Assembly (NCBI GenBank): GCA_030751095.1
Contig: JASMGX010000004.1
Span: forward strand, 1 to 47,671
Reading direction: 5' to 3'
Origin: Pirellulales bacterium
GTDB lineage: Bacteria > Planctomycetota > Planctomycetia > Pirellulales > UBA7805
Length of the DNA stretch: 47,671 nt
Part shown: positions 36,863-46,940 of the stretch, one piece after another
Layout: every line of letters starts with the position of its first letter
Position numbering within the stretch: the first letter of the stretch is position 1
Translations under genes and position numbers: made by a program
Notes under the pieces: model-generated
Seen by the model: only the letters and a program-made list of their open reading frames with translations
What the model was told of the DNA's origin: nothing
Database searches by the model: none

Positions 36863-38536
36863 TCAACGATTTTTTCCCTGCACAATATCCCGTGAGATTA
36901 TTTCGATCCGTTCCTGCCGCTCGGCCAATCGATATAATTGAGACAGCAATTTCTCAAAGGACTCGCCATCACGTTCGAGCATCTCTTGATAGATTGCCGT
37001 CCGTCGATTTACGCGGATCTGCAACGCCCGGATCATCTTCAATTCTGCCAAATTATCCACCAGGGGTGGATCGGTCGGCTGTCCACCAGCACCAGACGGT
37101 GATGCGCGACGGGCCTGCTGCTCGCGCTGCGCCTTTTTTAATGCCGCAATAACATCCTCCAGCGCGTCGAGAATATCCTCTTCGATCTGCTGCGTCAATT
37201 TTCCGGTCTTGCCCCCATCGAGTCGGACCATGACTATTTCCATGTCTTCGCGAATTTGCAAAGCTGCCTCCGGAAGCGCCACTGCCGTGGCATCTTCGCG
37301 AAACAGCACCATGACTGTATCGACCAGAGCAATGATTTTCGCTTCATTCCCACTGAGCCGACTCGCTTCAATCTCATAGGCCCGATTTCGATCGGATGGC
37401 GGCGTCTGGTCGAGTACAACTGTCGCATCATACACTTTCTTCTGCATCTTCAGCATCTTTCGAAATCGTCCCTCGAGCATGGCCAGCATGCGTTCGACCT
37501 CTTCTTCGCGAAGCTGCCGCAAAATCCGCTCGAGTTCCGCCTTGGCCTTTTCCAGTGCGGCGATCGCCGCCTCCTGATCGTCGATTGCATCACGACGCTT
37601 TGCTTTTTCAAGATTGCTCTCCGCGGCCCGCATTCGCCTGCGGGCCTCTTCGAGTTGCTCACGAGGGAGAAACGCGCCTCGGTCTTGCGATTCTTTACCC
37701 GATTCTTTACCCGATTCTTTACCCGACTCCCCGCCCGACTCCTTGCCCGACTCCTTGCCCGACTCCTTGCCCGACTCCTTGCCCGACTCTTTGCCCGACT
37801 CTTTGCCCGACTCTTTGCCCGACTCTTTGCCCGACTCCTTGCCCGACTCTTTGCCCGACTCCTTGCCCGACTCTTTACCCGACTCTTTGCCCGATTGCTT
37901 CGAGCGACCGGGCGACTCCTCATGTTTTTTCATCTTCTGCACAATCGACTCGGTGCGTTCGGCCAGCTTGCCCTGCTCGGGGGCCAACTCTGCTTCCGGT
38001 CCCACACGCTCGGCCTGTCCCTGCAGGCCTTTCTGCATTTTGATCACTCGATTGATCTCTTTGATGTACTGACGAACCCGTTGTTTTTGAGAATTATTCG
38101 TCCTTTCACGATTCTCTGTAAGCAACAACGTGAGCAGTGCCGAAAGTTGTTCCTCGACCAACTGCTGTTTGTCAATTGCCTCATCGACTTCTCGGATGAG
38201 CAACGAGTCCCGATCCAACATCTCAATGAGTTGCCGGAACTCACTGGCAGTATCCTCGCGATTGATTAGCTCGACTGCTTTTTCCATAACCGCGGCGCGG
38301 GCAGGATCCGTCTCTCTAAGAAAATTAGCCAGGTCTGTCAGATTTTTCTTAAATCGACTGAAGGTGTCCGCCACCTTAGCCTGCTCGATGAGCAACCGAT
38401 CCGCATGGACTTGGCGTTCCGAGGCAGCAGAGGGGGGCGTATCCTCTGCCATCCCGAATGCAGTCAGACAAACCAACAGCATGCTGGCAACAGTACAACG
38501 ACACATTGCTGCAATCACCACCAATCTCTCTCCCAA
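36863..38536 (-). CDS. Secreted coiled-coil protein with a (GKES)17 low-complexity linker
   Basis: The signal-like N-terminus is MCRCTVASMLLVCLTAFGMA (ATG 38506) or starts from the TTG at 38536. Long heptad-like charged helices lie on both sides of SGKESGKES...GGES...GKES. Confidence 0.8.
   Translation of the reverse strand: MGERLVVIAAMCRCTVASMLLVCLTAFGMAEDTPPSAASERQVHADRLLIEQAKVADTFSRFKKNLTDLANFLRETDPARAAVMEKAVELINREDTASEFRQLIEMLDRDSLLIREVDEAIDKQQLVEEQLSALLTLLLTENRERTNNSQKQRVRQYIKEINRVIKMQKGLQGQAERVGPEAELAPEQGKLAERTESIVQKMKKHEESPGRSKQSGKESGKESGKESGKESGKESGKESGKESGKESGKESGKESGKESGKESGKESGGESGKESGKESGKESQDRGAFLPREQLEEARRRMRAAESNLEKAKRRDAIDDQEAAIAALEKAKAELERILRQLREEEVERMLAMLEGRFRKMLKMQKKVYDATVVLDQTPPSDRNRAYEIEASRLSGNEAKIIALVDTVMVLFREDATAVALPEAALQIREDMEIVMVRLDGGKTGKLTQQIEEDILDALEDVIAALKKAQREQQARRASPSGAGGQPTDPPLVDNLAELKMIRALQIRVNRRTAIYQEMLERDGESFEKLLSQLYRLAERQERIEIISRDIVQGKNR
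37689..37892. repeat. In-frame 12-bp tandem repeat x17, encoding (GKES)n on the minus strand
   Basis: The plus-strand units occur in blocks: GATTCTTTACCC x3, GACTCCCCGCCC x1, GACTCCTTGCCC x4, GACTCTTTGCCC x4, then GACTCCTTGCCC, GACTCTTTGCCC, GACTCCTTGCCC, GACTCTTTACCC and GACTCTTTGCCC. Confidence 0.95.
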
Positions 38537-38591
38537 TGGCGCAGGAATCTGTTTTTAAGCCTCAGTCACTCGCAATCAATTATAGCCCTCT

Positions 38592-40919
38592 TTAGGGTCC
38601 ATCGAGCAGACCTTTTTTCAGTTGCTCTTTTAGCTGCTTTTCCAGCAATTGCCGTTGCTCCTGTGTCTGCTTCGACACCTGCTTATGGCCATGGATGATT
38701 TTGCGCAAATCCGCAAGCAATTCATTAAATTTCTGCAAGTCCAGCATATTCTTCAGCACATTTTCCAGCGCACGGATGATCTTCGAGAGCTGTTGCTGGC
38801 TTGATTCGATTTCGGCAAAGAGCGATTGTTGGTCCTCGAGAGCATGACGAAGCCGTTTTAAGTCGCGATCGAACTGTGAAAATTGTTGCTCCACAATTTG
38901 ATTCAGGGGAACCACAATACCACCGCCAATCCGTCGCTCCAACTCTTCGAAAAAGGCTACTTTGTTGTTTTTCAACTCTGCTAAGATTCGTTCAAATTCC
39001 TCCGCAACACTCGCGGTCTCGTGCTGCATTCGGTCGCTTGTCTGAATCGCCGTTTCGATCCGCAACAGACGGACCGAATCGGCACGCGTCAGGGCAGGGG
39101 AGTCGCCCCGGCTATTTTCGCTCTCACTCTCTGGCGCGTTTTCCTCCGTCTCGTTTTTTAGATCGGACGAGGAACGGGAAGTCTCTTCTGAATCCGAAAG
39201 CATCCTCCGGAAAGAATCCTCGGTGCGATGCAATTCCGTGAGGATTGCTTCGAATCGCCTCCGCAAAACACGCTCCCGTGTTTCCAGCAGAGCCCGCAAC
39301 TCACTTTCACTAACAACGCGCAAGCGAAAACGATCGCTCTTTCCTATTTGAAATTCGGGATCCAAGGAACAATTGTCCGCAGCAGCTATTTGGAGAGACA
39401 GTATTTGACCCGCATGCAGTTGCCCATCCGCCAATTCGAAAGCAAGATTCCGTGCTTCGTCCAATTGACCATTTTCCGGTAGCGAGAATTCCTGCTCCTG
39501 CGGTCCTGCCCCATCGATGGAAAACTCGATCCAGCTTTTTGAAATCCCATAATCGTCCTGTACCACGCCACGGATCGGCAAAGCGGCCGTCGGTGTAATG
39601 GCCTTGCCAATTCCTACCAGATCGACATCCACCTCTGGCTTTTCATCCGGCAAGATTCGCACCAATACTTGAATCGTCTTCTGATTGGTAACGCCATCTG
39701 TATCGACCAACTGAAAAGAGACTCGGGTGTCATCTCGCAACGATCCTAAGTCCAATTCGATCGCATGGGGATCATGCTCGTGGATCTCAATCGACTCCCA
39801 CGGCACTTCCGTCTCTTGAGTTGTTTTGCGAAAGGAAGCTTTTAAGAGTGGTTTACTGGATCGCGCAAGGATCCGGACACCCGTTCCCTCCGGAGCAGGC
39901 TTTGAAAGCCGGATCTGGGAGGTCGTCGCCTCTCGGCCCAGATATTGGGGATACTCATAATGCATACTGATCTCTGTAAGATCGGGACTTTCCACAGCCT
40001 CAATCAGCAGGCCATCCACTCGGTCACTCTTTGAAAAGAGCCCGCTACCTTTTGCGGTCACACTGAAGGGCACCGACGCTTGAATATCCGTAAATTGGTA
40101 CTCATAGAATTGGTGCGCATCGCGTCCCGGGATCGCCTGATTGAGCCTCGTCATGTTAGGTCGGTTAAAGCCCCCGCCATCGGCTTGGTAGGAAATCTCT
40201 ACGGATTGAGGAACCGACCAATTCAGATCCGCCATCGCCCGCACCGTGAGGCTGTCGCCTTTGGCCACTTTTACAGATCGGCGCCCGAGCGGATCGGGAG
40301 GAAACCCCTCGACATCAATTTTTGTCGCATGGGGCCACGCACTATCGCCTAACAACAAACTACGGTCAGCCCAGATACGGGCCGCGCCGGGTTGCCAGAG
40401 CACAAACACCGCAACGCTACCAAGGGCGGCAACAGCAATCGCGAAAGTCTGCAAGAGCGGTCGGAAGCTGAAGACCATTCGAACATTGGCGTCCGGTAGC
40501 AACTGAGCGACCTCCTCGCGCGTACTGGCCAGCATCCGTGGATCGTAATCGATATTTTCTTTGTCTCTTTCACTTAACTCGACTACCGTGACGAGACGTT
40601 CTCCCAATTGGTGATAGTGACGCTCCAACAGCAGAGCCAAACTCCGTTCTGAAAGCGGAATCAACAAGCGACTGGCTGCCACTCGATACACCACAACAGA
40701 CGCAATTGCGCAAAAGATCACCAGCAACAGTGTGCGAACAAACTGCGATGGCTCTACTGCCCAGTCGACGAAGAGGCTCATCCAAAAGAGGATTGCGAGC
40801 ACCGAGAGGAAGGCAGCGACTCCCTGTAAGAAAATATAGCCGCGTATCATCCAACGCAAACGATGCAGGTGATCGACCCACACTCTGGAAGGACGTGCTC
40901 TTTCGGATACCGTTGCCAT
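38592..40919 (-). CDS. DUF4175-like membrane protein (three N-terminal TM segments, beta-rich middle, coiled-coil C-terminus)
   Basis: The N-terminus is HLHRLRWMIRGYIFLQGVAAFLSVLAILFWMSLFVDWAV, with two further hydrophobic segments. The C-terminal ~200 aa are charged and heptad-like (…LKRLRHALEDQQSLFAEIESSQQQLSKIIRALENVLKNMLDLQKF…). The family name is tentative. Confidence 0.75.
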   Translation of the reverse strand: MATVSERARPSRVWVDHLHRLRWMIRGYIFLQGVAAFLSVLAILFWMSLFVDWAVEPSQFVRTLLLVIFCAIASVVVYRVAASRLLIPLSERSLALLLERHYHQLGERLVTVVELSERDKENIDYDPRMLASTREEVAQLLPDANVRMVFSFRPLLQTFAIAVAALGSVAVFVLWQPGAARIWADRSLLLGDSAWPHATKIDVEGFPPDPLGRRSVKVAKGDSLTVRAMADLNWSVPQSVEISYQADGGGFNRPNMTRLNQAIPGRDAHQFYEYQFTDIQASVPFSVTAKGSGLFSKSDRVDGLLIEAVESPDLTEISMHYEYPQYLGREATTSQIRLSKPAPEGTGVRILARSSKPLLKASFRKTTQETEVPWESIEIHEHDPHAIELDLGSLRDDTRVSFQLVDTDGVTNQKTIQVLVRILPDEKPEVDVDLVGIGKAITPTAALPIRGVVQDDYGISKSWIEFSIDGAGPQEQEFSLPENGQLDEARNLAFELADGQLHAGQILSLQIAAADNCSLDPEFQIGKSDRFRLRVVSESELRALLETRERVLRRRFEAILTELHRTEDSFRRMLSDSEETSRSSSDLKNETEENAPESESENSRGDSPALTRADSVRLLRIETAIQTSDRMQHETASVAEEFERILAELKNNKVAFFEELERRIGGGIVVPLNQIVEQQFSQFDRDLKRLRHALEDQQSLFAEIESSQQQLSKIIRALENVLKNMLDLQKFNELLADLRKIIHGHKQVSKQTQEQRQLLEKQLKEQLKKGLLDGP

Positions 40920-40955
40920 ACAATAGGCTCGCCGGAAAAAATCAATACGATAAAG

Positions 40956-43706
40956 TCAGGCCAACTTAAACATCCGTCTAAGCAGCCACTCAAAACACAA
41001 AACGCCACAGAGCAGGAACATCATCCACCGACTCCAGGCCGCTTCCCAAACGGGGTCAACATCTCCAGCCACAGGTGTCATGCGCGTCTGATCTTCCAAC
41101 AGAGCGACCAGTGGTGGATCGCCGGAGAGTCCGAGGACATCTTCAATCGAGGTTAAATAACGCCCGCCAGTACTCTCTGCCAATTGCTTTAATGCTTTTT
41201 TATTCTGCTGAGGATTCCTCTTCTCCCGGTCGGAAGTTGTCACCTTCACCACTTTGGACAGCGGACTATCGTCACTTTCCGGGGGCTGCAGTTGCAGGCG
41301 ATAATCTTGAACTTTTCCAGCCGTCCATTCGCCCCGGAAGGTCCCTTTTCGATGAGGATCTGCCTTGAGCACATACGGCACACCCTCTCCGTCGCGACCA
41401 AACACATACATCGTGACACTTTCGGCCTCATATGGGTTTCGCTGGGCATCTTTCAGCTGCGCTACGACCGGAATGATATCACCAACTTGATAATTTTCTT
41501 TTTCCAGCAGCAACACATCACCGCGGCCCGATCCGCGGTAGAGCCGACCGGTCGAAACATGCCGAATCAGCCGTGTGTAGAACTGTTCAAAATACGCTTC
41601 ATCCAATCGGCGAAGCCGCCACATCTCTCCACTCGCCTGATAAAAAACGCGACCTCGCCCATAAAACTGTCCGGCAAAGAAAATCGGGGACTGGCCGAGC
41701 GAATCGGCAAGTTCGTCCTGGTAGTGGGCGTAGACCGTCGCACCAAACTTCTTTCCCTTGACCGGTTGTCCGCCATAGATACCGCCAAACGCAGTCCATA
41801 TTTGCTGGCTGGCAACGGAATTATCATCCAATTGCAGAAAAGTCGCGTCAATCCCGTCTCGGGTAAAGGCCAAACTCCGCTGTTTGGAAGCGTGTTGTCC
41901 CCATTCTTCGGGAAATTCGAAGTCGTCATAAAAATGGACGGGATAGAGATCTCGCAGGTGTTGGTACTCGGGATCGTAGATCCAACTATTGACGACACTA
42001 CCGGCATGGACCGCACCGGGAACCAGAATCAGGCCTCCTGCCTCATCCCCCACCCACGTCTCAATCATCGCCACCCCGCCTGGCCCCAGTTGACTCCAGT
42101 CAGGATCGATCCCAACAAGGACATCGTATTCAAACAGCTCCTCACCCTCTGGAAATTTTTCCAGATACGATGCATTCTCACTACCCGCATGTTTTCTGCT
42201 CTGTAGCAGCACATCCAAATCAATGTGTTTTTTATCTCTCTCGAGCAGATTACGAAGAAACTGGAATTCACGACTTGGTCCACCCGCAAACAGGAGGACT
42301 CGTGTGCGTCGGGCAACCACATCGATATACAATCGTTGTTTGGTTTCATCACTACCTGCCCGGGCACCTTTGACTGCCACGCTCAGTTCAAAAGCATACC
42401 GCCCCGCTAGGTCAATACCGTCAACTTCGAAGAGTACCGGTACGACATCGTCATCATCCGCACCAAGCAGTACATCTGCCTCTTGTGGCACAACCACATC
42501 CTCCCCTTCGGCGTGCGTCTGCTCGTCACGGGAGAGTTGCTGGAGCGTAACGGTCGCTGTGCGACCTGCATATCCCTGGGATTTCAAATACGCCGTTATC
42601 ATAAACGGATCATTTTGGTAGGCGCGTGCAGGTGCGGAATAATCCGCCAGACGGACATATTCTGGTGCACTTGATTTTCCGAGCCCAACGGCAAAAACCG
42701 GCACCTGTGCCTCTTGCGCTTTTTCGATTGCCTCGGTGAGAGCAAGCCCTGCGGTCTGCTGTCCATCGCTCATAAGCAGAATGCCCGCAACGGGTGCGGT
42801 GCGGTTTTTGGCGAGAGCCGCATGGAGTGCCTGCCCCACCTTGGTATCCTCTCCCTGTGCGGTGAGTAGGGTCTGCCAGTCGACGAGGTCTGCTGCAAGC
42901 TTCTCTTGATCGCGATCTGGTTCTCTTTTCTCAGCAGAGCCAGGCTCATCGAGTGCCAGCAGCGTGCGGATACCGAACTTGGGACCAAACGCAAATGTCC
43001 CCGCCAGCAGCGCAAGTGCGATCAGTGCAAAGAGCCCCGCTGAAACGAACAGACCACGAGAAACAACGCCCGCTCTTGCTGGCCTGAGGAGAAACCATCC
43101 CGCCAGAACAATTGCCAGAAGGAGCATGCACCCGGCAAGCCCCAAGCGCCACCGAGCCGTCTGCACCGCTGCAGCGATGGCAGCAGTTTCCTCAGGGGCA
43201 TCCTTGGTAGCCGGCTCCCATTTGGGCAAGGATGCGAGCGGAGTCGGTTCCTCGTCCTTATCAAACCGATACACAACGACATCGTGTACCTTGCGCAAGT
43301 CAGAAAGTAACTTGCCATCGGTCAATTCACGAACCACTCGTTGCAGACGTCCCTCAGGGCCGATTCCAGTCGGCATCGTAATATCCTGCTCACCCATACT
43401 CTGGCTCGTATCGACGAGCAGGAGCACTCTGGAATTGTCCACCACATCCCGCGTAGCCCGCCATTGCGGCTGGAGGTAGACCGCCAGCAAACCAACAAGA
43501 GCCAGCATACGAAGCGCAATGAGTACAACCGCCCGACGAGAACCCAATTCAATACAATCAAGCAGATACATGCCAACAACGAACCAGGCAAGCAAAAGCA
43601 GAATTCCAGCGGGAAGCATCCAGTCCCAGGGCGAGGAGAGGTCGCGGCCGAATTCAAAACTTGTCCGCACTGTCGCTGCAGCCAGCATGGCACATTGTTC
43701 GCTCAT
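40956..43706 (-). CDS. Multi-TM von Willebrand factor A (vWA) domain protein
   Basis: The MIDAS motif is VLLLVDTSQSMGEQD (DxSxS). Several TM segments are visible (ILLLLAWFVVGMYLL, ALRMLALVGLLAVYL, LAGCMLLLAIVLAGWFLL, C-terminal MMFLLCGVLCFEWLL). A second vWA-like stretch reads GILLMSDGQQTAG...VPVFAVGLG. Confidence 0.85.
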   Translation of the reverse strand: MSEQCAMLAAATVRTSFEFGRDLSSPWDWMLPAGILLLLAWFVVGMYLLDCIELGSRRAVVLIALRMLALVGLLAVYLQPQWRATRDVVDNSRVLLLVDTSQSMGEQDITMPTGIGPEGRLQRVVRELTDGKLLSDLRKVHDVVVYRFDKDEEPTPLASLPKWEPATKDAPEETAAIAAAVQTARWRLGLAGCMLLLAIVLAGWFLLRPARAGVVSRGLFVSAGLFALIALALLAGTFAFGPKFGIRTLLALDEPGSAEKREPDRDQEKLAADLVDWQTLLTAQGEDTKVGQALHAALAKNRTAPVAGILLMSDGQQTAGLALTEAIEKAQEAQVPVFAVGLGKSSAPEYVRLADYSAPARAYQNDPFMITAYLKSQGYAGRTATVTLQQLSRDEQTHAEGEDVVVPQEADVLLGADDDDVVPVLFEVDGIDLAGRYAFELSVAVKGARAGSDETKQRLYIDVVARRTRVLLFAGGPSREFQFLRNLLERDKKHIDLDVLLQSRKHAGSENASYLEKFPEGEELFEYDVLVGIDPDWSQLGPGGVAMIETWVGDEAGGLILVPGAVHAGSVVNSWIYDPEYQHLRDLYPVHFYDDFEFPEEWGQHASKQRSLAFTRDGIDATFLQLDDNSVASQQIWTAFGGIYGGQPVKGKKFGATVYAHYQDELADSLGQSPIFFAGQFYGRGRVFYQASGEMWRLRRLDEAYFEQFYTRLIRHVSTGRLYRGSGRGDVLLLEKENYQVGDIIPVVAQLKDAQRNPYEAESVTMYVFGRDGEGVPYVLKADPHRKGTFRGEWTAGKVQDYRLQLQPPESDDSPLSKVVKVTTSDREKRNPQQNKKALKQLAESTGGRYLTSIEDVLGLSGDPPLVALLEDQTRMTPVAGDVDPVWEAAWSRWMMFLLCGVLCFEWLLRRMFKLA

Positions 43707-45976
43707 CGGCGGTGATCCTTCTTCTTTGCCCGGTGATAGCCCGCAAAATATGCGAGCAACTGTTCAACCACCAAGACACAGACAAGGATCAGGAAAAACC
43801 ACCATTGCTCAGCGAGCGGAAATCCCGCCTGCCGTGTCGATGGAACAAGCAAATCTTCGGCACGGAGATACTCGAAGGATACATCCTTGAGAATTTGGCG
43901 TAGTTGCCCCTGATCGAGTGTCTGCAAGTCGCTCTCCGAAAGGGCGGCATTGTACGCAAACCGCCGAACCTCAGAGCTGCCATCGATGGGACTCAGCAGT
44001 GCTTCATAGATGCCGGTCCGCAAGACCGTACCGTACTCGGCAACCTGTCGCTGCAGATCTGCCTCGCTTTGCGTAGCATGGACCTGCGTCAGATCCCCCT
44101 TCTGTTGTGGCTCCACCGTCGGAATAGTCGGTGCAATAAAACCGACGACAGGTTGGTACTCCCCCGTAGGCAGATCGACTCGCAACGGCTCGCCAACCTG
44201 TCGCTCGGGCCGAGCCACCTTGGCGGCACCCAAGTACACCTGGGTGTCGAGCGCCCAGAGCACAAAACTCGGATCGCTGCGGCCCCAGTTGTGCCAGAGA
44301 GGTGCCGCCGTCGAAAGGACCGCCAGCGTACGACCTGCACCGAAGGTTTTCTCGACCATCCAGGGATCGCCATTCCGGAGTTTGGCGATGACCGATACCG
44401 ACGCATCATCAGCAGCGTTCCAATGTTTTGCGGGGGCATAGTACCGCCGGATTGCAATGGACTGCAACCATGTATTGGACGAATCACCAAAGCTGCGAGA
44501 AAATATGGGGTGGTCCTTCTGCAACTGGACATCCGGCGCTTTGTCGAGTCGGTCCACCAACAGCGTCGCAGGAGAGGAAAGAGGAAGCGGAAACAAACCC
44601 TCACCATCGCGATAGAGCGCGTCATTGACAAACTGCCGGTGTAGCTGCGTCCCTGCAAAGAACACAACGCCACCGCCAGCGCGGACATAGTCCTCGAGAT
44701 TTTTTATTTCCTGCTGATCCAATTCAGAGATATTCAGCAGATAGATCGTATGGTACCGATCGAGATCTCCGCTCCGCAAAAAGGTCGACCGTTCGATCCG
44801 GGGCCGGATACCCGTTTTGACGCGTGCCGATGGAGCGAGTGCCAGCCGCAAAAAAATAGATTGATCCTCTCCGCCATCATCGATAATCAGGACCGGAACA
44901 TTTTCACTGACCTCCACAACAGACTGCCGTCGATTGTCGAGTTCGATCGCATCGGGAGGGAGAGATGCCGCAACGACATGTTCACCGGGACTGCTGAATG
45001 TTACATCAAAGGAACGGGTCACAGACTCTCCTGGTTCAATCCGCGCAATTTTAATGGAGCCAAGGGCGGCCATTTCGTGCAATTCTGCATTGGATGCTGC
45101 CGGAAGCGTTTGTTCGATCGCTAGAGGCACATTCGTGGCCGATGTGTCACTAAAATTGGTGACCTCCACGGCCATTCGCATCGAGATGCCTGCCACCTGC
45201 TGGCCCGGCACGGGCCCCAGGTGCGTTATCGCCAAATTTCCGTGCGCCGCATCGACACAGTGTACCAGTTGGATTTCGGACCCATTGCCGTTGAGGCGCT
45301 CAAGGACCTGGGCGATTGCCGGGGATTGCTGCCACTGTGCCGCCCGCAGATCGGAAACCAAATAGAGGATAGTACTCTCATCCGCTTCCGGTTTGACTCT
45401 CTTTTCGATCAACTCGAGCCCCTCGAGCGGCCCCGCCCCCAAAGCGGTCACTTCGAGTCGACCCGACAACTCGGACAATTTGTCTACCAGCGCATCTGCC
45501 GCAACTTGCCGTAGGATCTCCGGCGGTTTCCCCAAGGCGGCATCCGAAAACCTCAACAGCGTGACCTTCTGGCGCGACGATTCGCGAGAGGCACGACGGA
45601 TAATGTTTTCGACCACACTTTTGGCTCGAGAAAACGCGTTCGTGTTCGCCCATTGGTCTGCCATCGAACCGGTGTCGTCGAGCAGGATGACATGATGGAC
45701 ATTAGAGCCACCGAATAATCGGCTCCAATGGTCTTGCAATATCGGCCCGGCCAACATGAAAACAATCGCAGCGATCGCTATCATCCGCAACAACAGAAGA
45801 AGCAACTGTTTGATACGTACTGATTTTTCATTTTTTTTCTTGCTATCGAGCAAAAACTCCATTGCAGCCCAGGAAACGCGTCGATGTCGCAACAGGTTGA
45901 TCAGGTGGATGAGCACCGGTAGTGCAACCAACGGAAGCAGCCATACAAAAAACAGGGATGGAAATGTAAAAGTCAT
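43703..45976 (-). CDS. BatA-type (aerotolerance-regulator N-terminal) double-TM / vWA-like protein
   Basis: The N-terminus MTFTFPSLFFVWLLPLVALPVLIHLINLLRHRRVSWAAMEFL is typical of the BatA N-terminal domain. A second TM is LLLLLLRMIAIAAIVFMLAGPIL. A MIDAS-like motif is HHVILLDDTGSM. There is a C-terminal TM, and the stop overlaps the next start (ATGA). Confidence 0.85.
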   Translation of the reverse strand: MTFTFPSLFFVWLLPLVALPVLIHLINLLRHRRVSWAAMEFLLDSKKKNEKSVRIKQLLLLLLRMIAIAAIVFMLAGPILQDHWSRLFGGSNVHHVILLDDTGSMADQWANTNAFSRAKSVVENIIRRASRESSRQKVTLLRFSDAALGKPPEILRQVAADALVDKLSELSGRLEVTALGAGPLEGLELIEKRVKPEADESTILYLVSDLRAAQWQQSPAIAQVLERLNGNGSEIQLVHCVDAAHGNLAITHLGPVPGQQVAGISMRMAVEVTNFSDTSATNVPLAIEQTLPAASNAELHEMAALGSIKIARIEPGESVTRSFDVTFSSPGEHVVAASLPPDAIELDNRRQSVVEVSENVPVLIIDDGGEDQSIFLRLALAPSARVKTGIRPRIERSTFLRSGDLDRYHTIYLLNISELDQQEIKNLEDYVRAGGGVVFFAGTQLHRQFVNDALYRDGEGLFPLPLSSPATLLVDRLDKAPDVQLQKDHPIFSRSFGDSSNTWLQSIAIRRYYAPAKHWNAADDASVSVIAKLRNGDPWMVEKTFGAGRTLAVLSTAAPLWHNWGRSDPSFVLWALDTQVYLGAAKVARPERQVGEPLRVDLPTGEYQPVVGFIAPTIPTVEPQQKGDLTQVHATQSEADLQRQVAEYGTVLRTGIYEALLSPIDGSSEVRRFAYNAALSESDLQTLDQGQLRQILKDVSFEYLRAEDLLVPSTRQAGFPLAEQWWFFLILVCVLVVEQLLAYFAGYHRAKKKDHRR

Positions 45977-46037
45977 TCGTATTTCACGAAGTGAAAACCA
46001 ACGGGAAACAAAAATTCACACCGTCTGCTGTAGCCCA

Positions 46038-46940
46038 CTACTTTCTGTGGTGCATTGCCAGGCGGTTACTCAAAAAGGCCGCAAGAACAGCACTCAGAGG
46101 CTGGCTCGTTCGAATCAAATCGTAATCGCACATATTGCTGGTACAGCCGCGACGCATCTCGGACAAGAAATCCTGCAGCGCGTTGAGATAGCCATCTCGC
46201 AGCGAACGTGGATTGCAGTTAATCACTTGAGTATCCTCAAGTCCCTCAAAACGCGTCGCACCATTAAACGGGAAATCGAGTTCGTCATCATCCATCACAT
46301 GAAACACCATCACATCATGCCCCCGTTTGCGAAGCAGCTTCAGCCCCCGGATAATCCCCTCGCGATCTGCAAGCAGATCGGAAATAACCACCATCATTCC
46401 TCTTCGCGGATACTCCTCAGCGACCTGTCTGAGAATTTTATAGAGGTCGGTCTTATCTCGTGGATTTTCAACTTCCAATGCTTTTACAATGGCACCCAGG
46501 TGGTTTCGCTTACTGCGCGTGGGAACTTTGCTCCGGACATGTTCGTCAAAGGAAACACAGCCAACCGCATCCTGCTGTCGCAGCAGCATGTAGGCCAGAC
46601 TGGCAGCAACCGTACAACCGTAGTCGTATTTTGTCAGTGGACCTTCCCCGTATTGCATGCTCCCAGAGACATCCACCAACAGCGTTGTTCGCAGGTTTGT
46701 ATCTTCTTCAAACTGTTTGACATAAAAACGATCCTGCTTGGCCCAGACTTTCCAGTCGACATGGCGCAAATCGTCACCAGGAACATATTCGCGGTGCTGG
46801 AGAAATTCGACCGATTGACCAAAATGCGGACTGCGGTGGATACCTGAGAGGAACCCTTCCACAATATGACGTGCTCGCAGCACCAAACGGTCGATCCTCG
46901 CGACCACCTCAGGATGCAAATATTTCTTGGAATCGGGCAT
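46038..46940 (-). CDS. DUF58 (vWA-like) protein, the usual MoxR partner
   Basis: The supporting motifs are [51 protein letters not shown] and the MIDAS motif LLVDVSGSM. The start overlaps the 3' end of moxR by 32 nt. Confidence 0.92.
   Translation of the reverse strand: MPDSKKYLHPEVVARIDRLVLRARHIVEGFLSGIHRSPHFGQSVEFLQHREYVPGDDLRHVDWKVWAKQDRFYVKQFEEDTNLRTTLLVDVSGSMQYGEGPLTKYDYGCTVAASLAYMLLRQQDAVGCVSFDEHVRSKVPTRSKRNHLGAIVKALEVENPRDKTDLYKILRQVAEEYPRRGMMVVISDLLADREGIIRGLKLLRKRGHDVMVFHVMDDDELDFPFNGATRFEGLEDTQVINCNPRSLRDGYLNALQDFLSEMRRGCTSNMCDYDLIRTSQPLSAVLAAFLSNRLAMHHRK

Noticed and set aside
37256-38269. Several long ORFs on both strands (337, 215, 157 and 152 aa) with LARLFARL, PCPTPCPT or DSLPDSLP periodicity.
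   Set aside because: They are alternative-frame and antisense readings of the 12-bp GKES repeat and its flanks. Only the minus-strand 557-aa frame has a signal peptide and coiled-coil flanks.
45756-46847. A 363-aa plus-strand ORF spanning the BatA/DUF58 junction.
   Set aside because: It is entirely antisense to two genes with strong family motifs (DUF58, BatA). Its product is low-complexity and Arg/Ile/His-biased with no recognisable motif. Long antisense ORFs are common opposite GC-rich genes.
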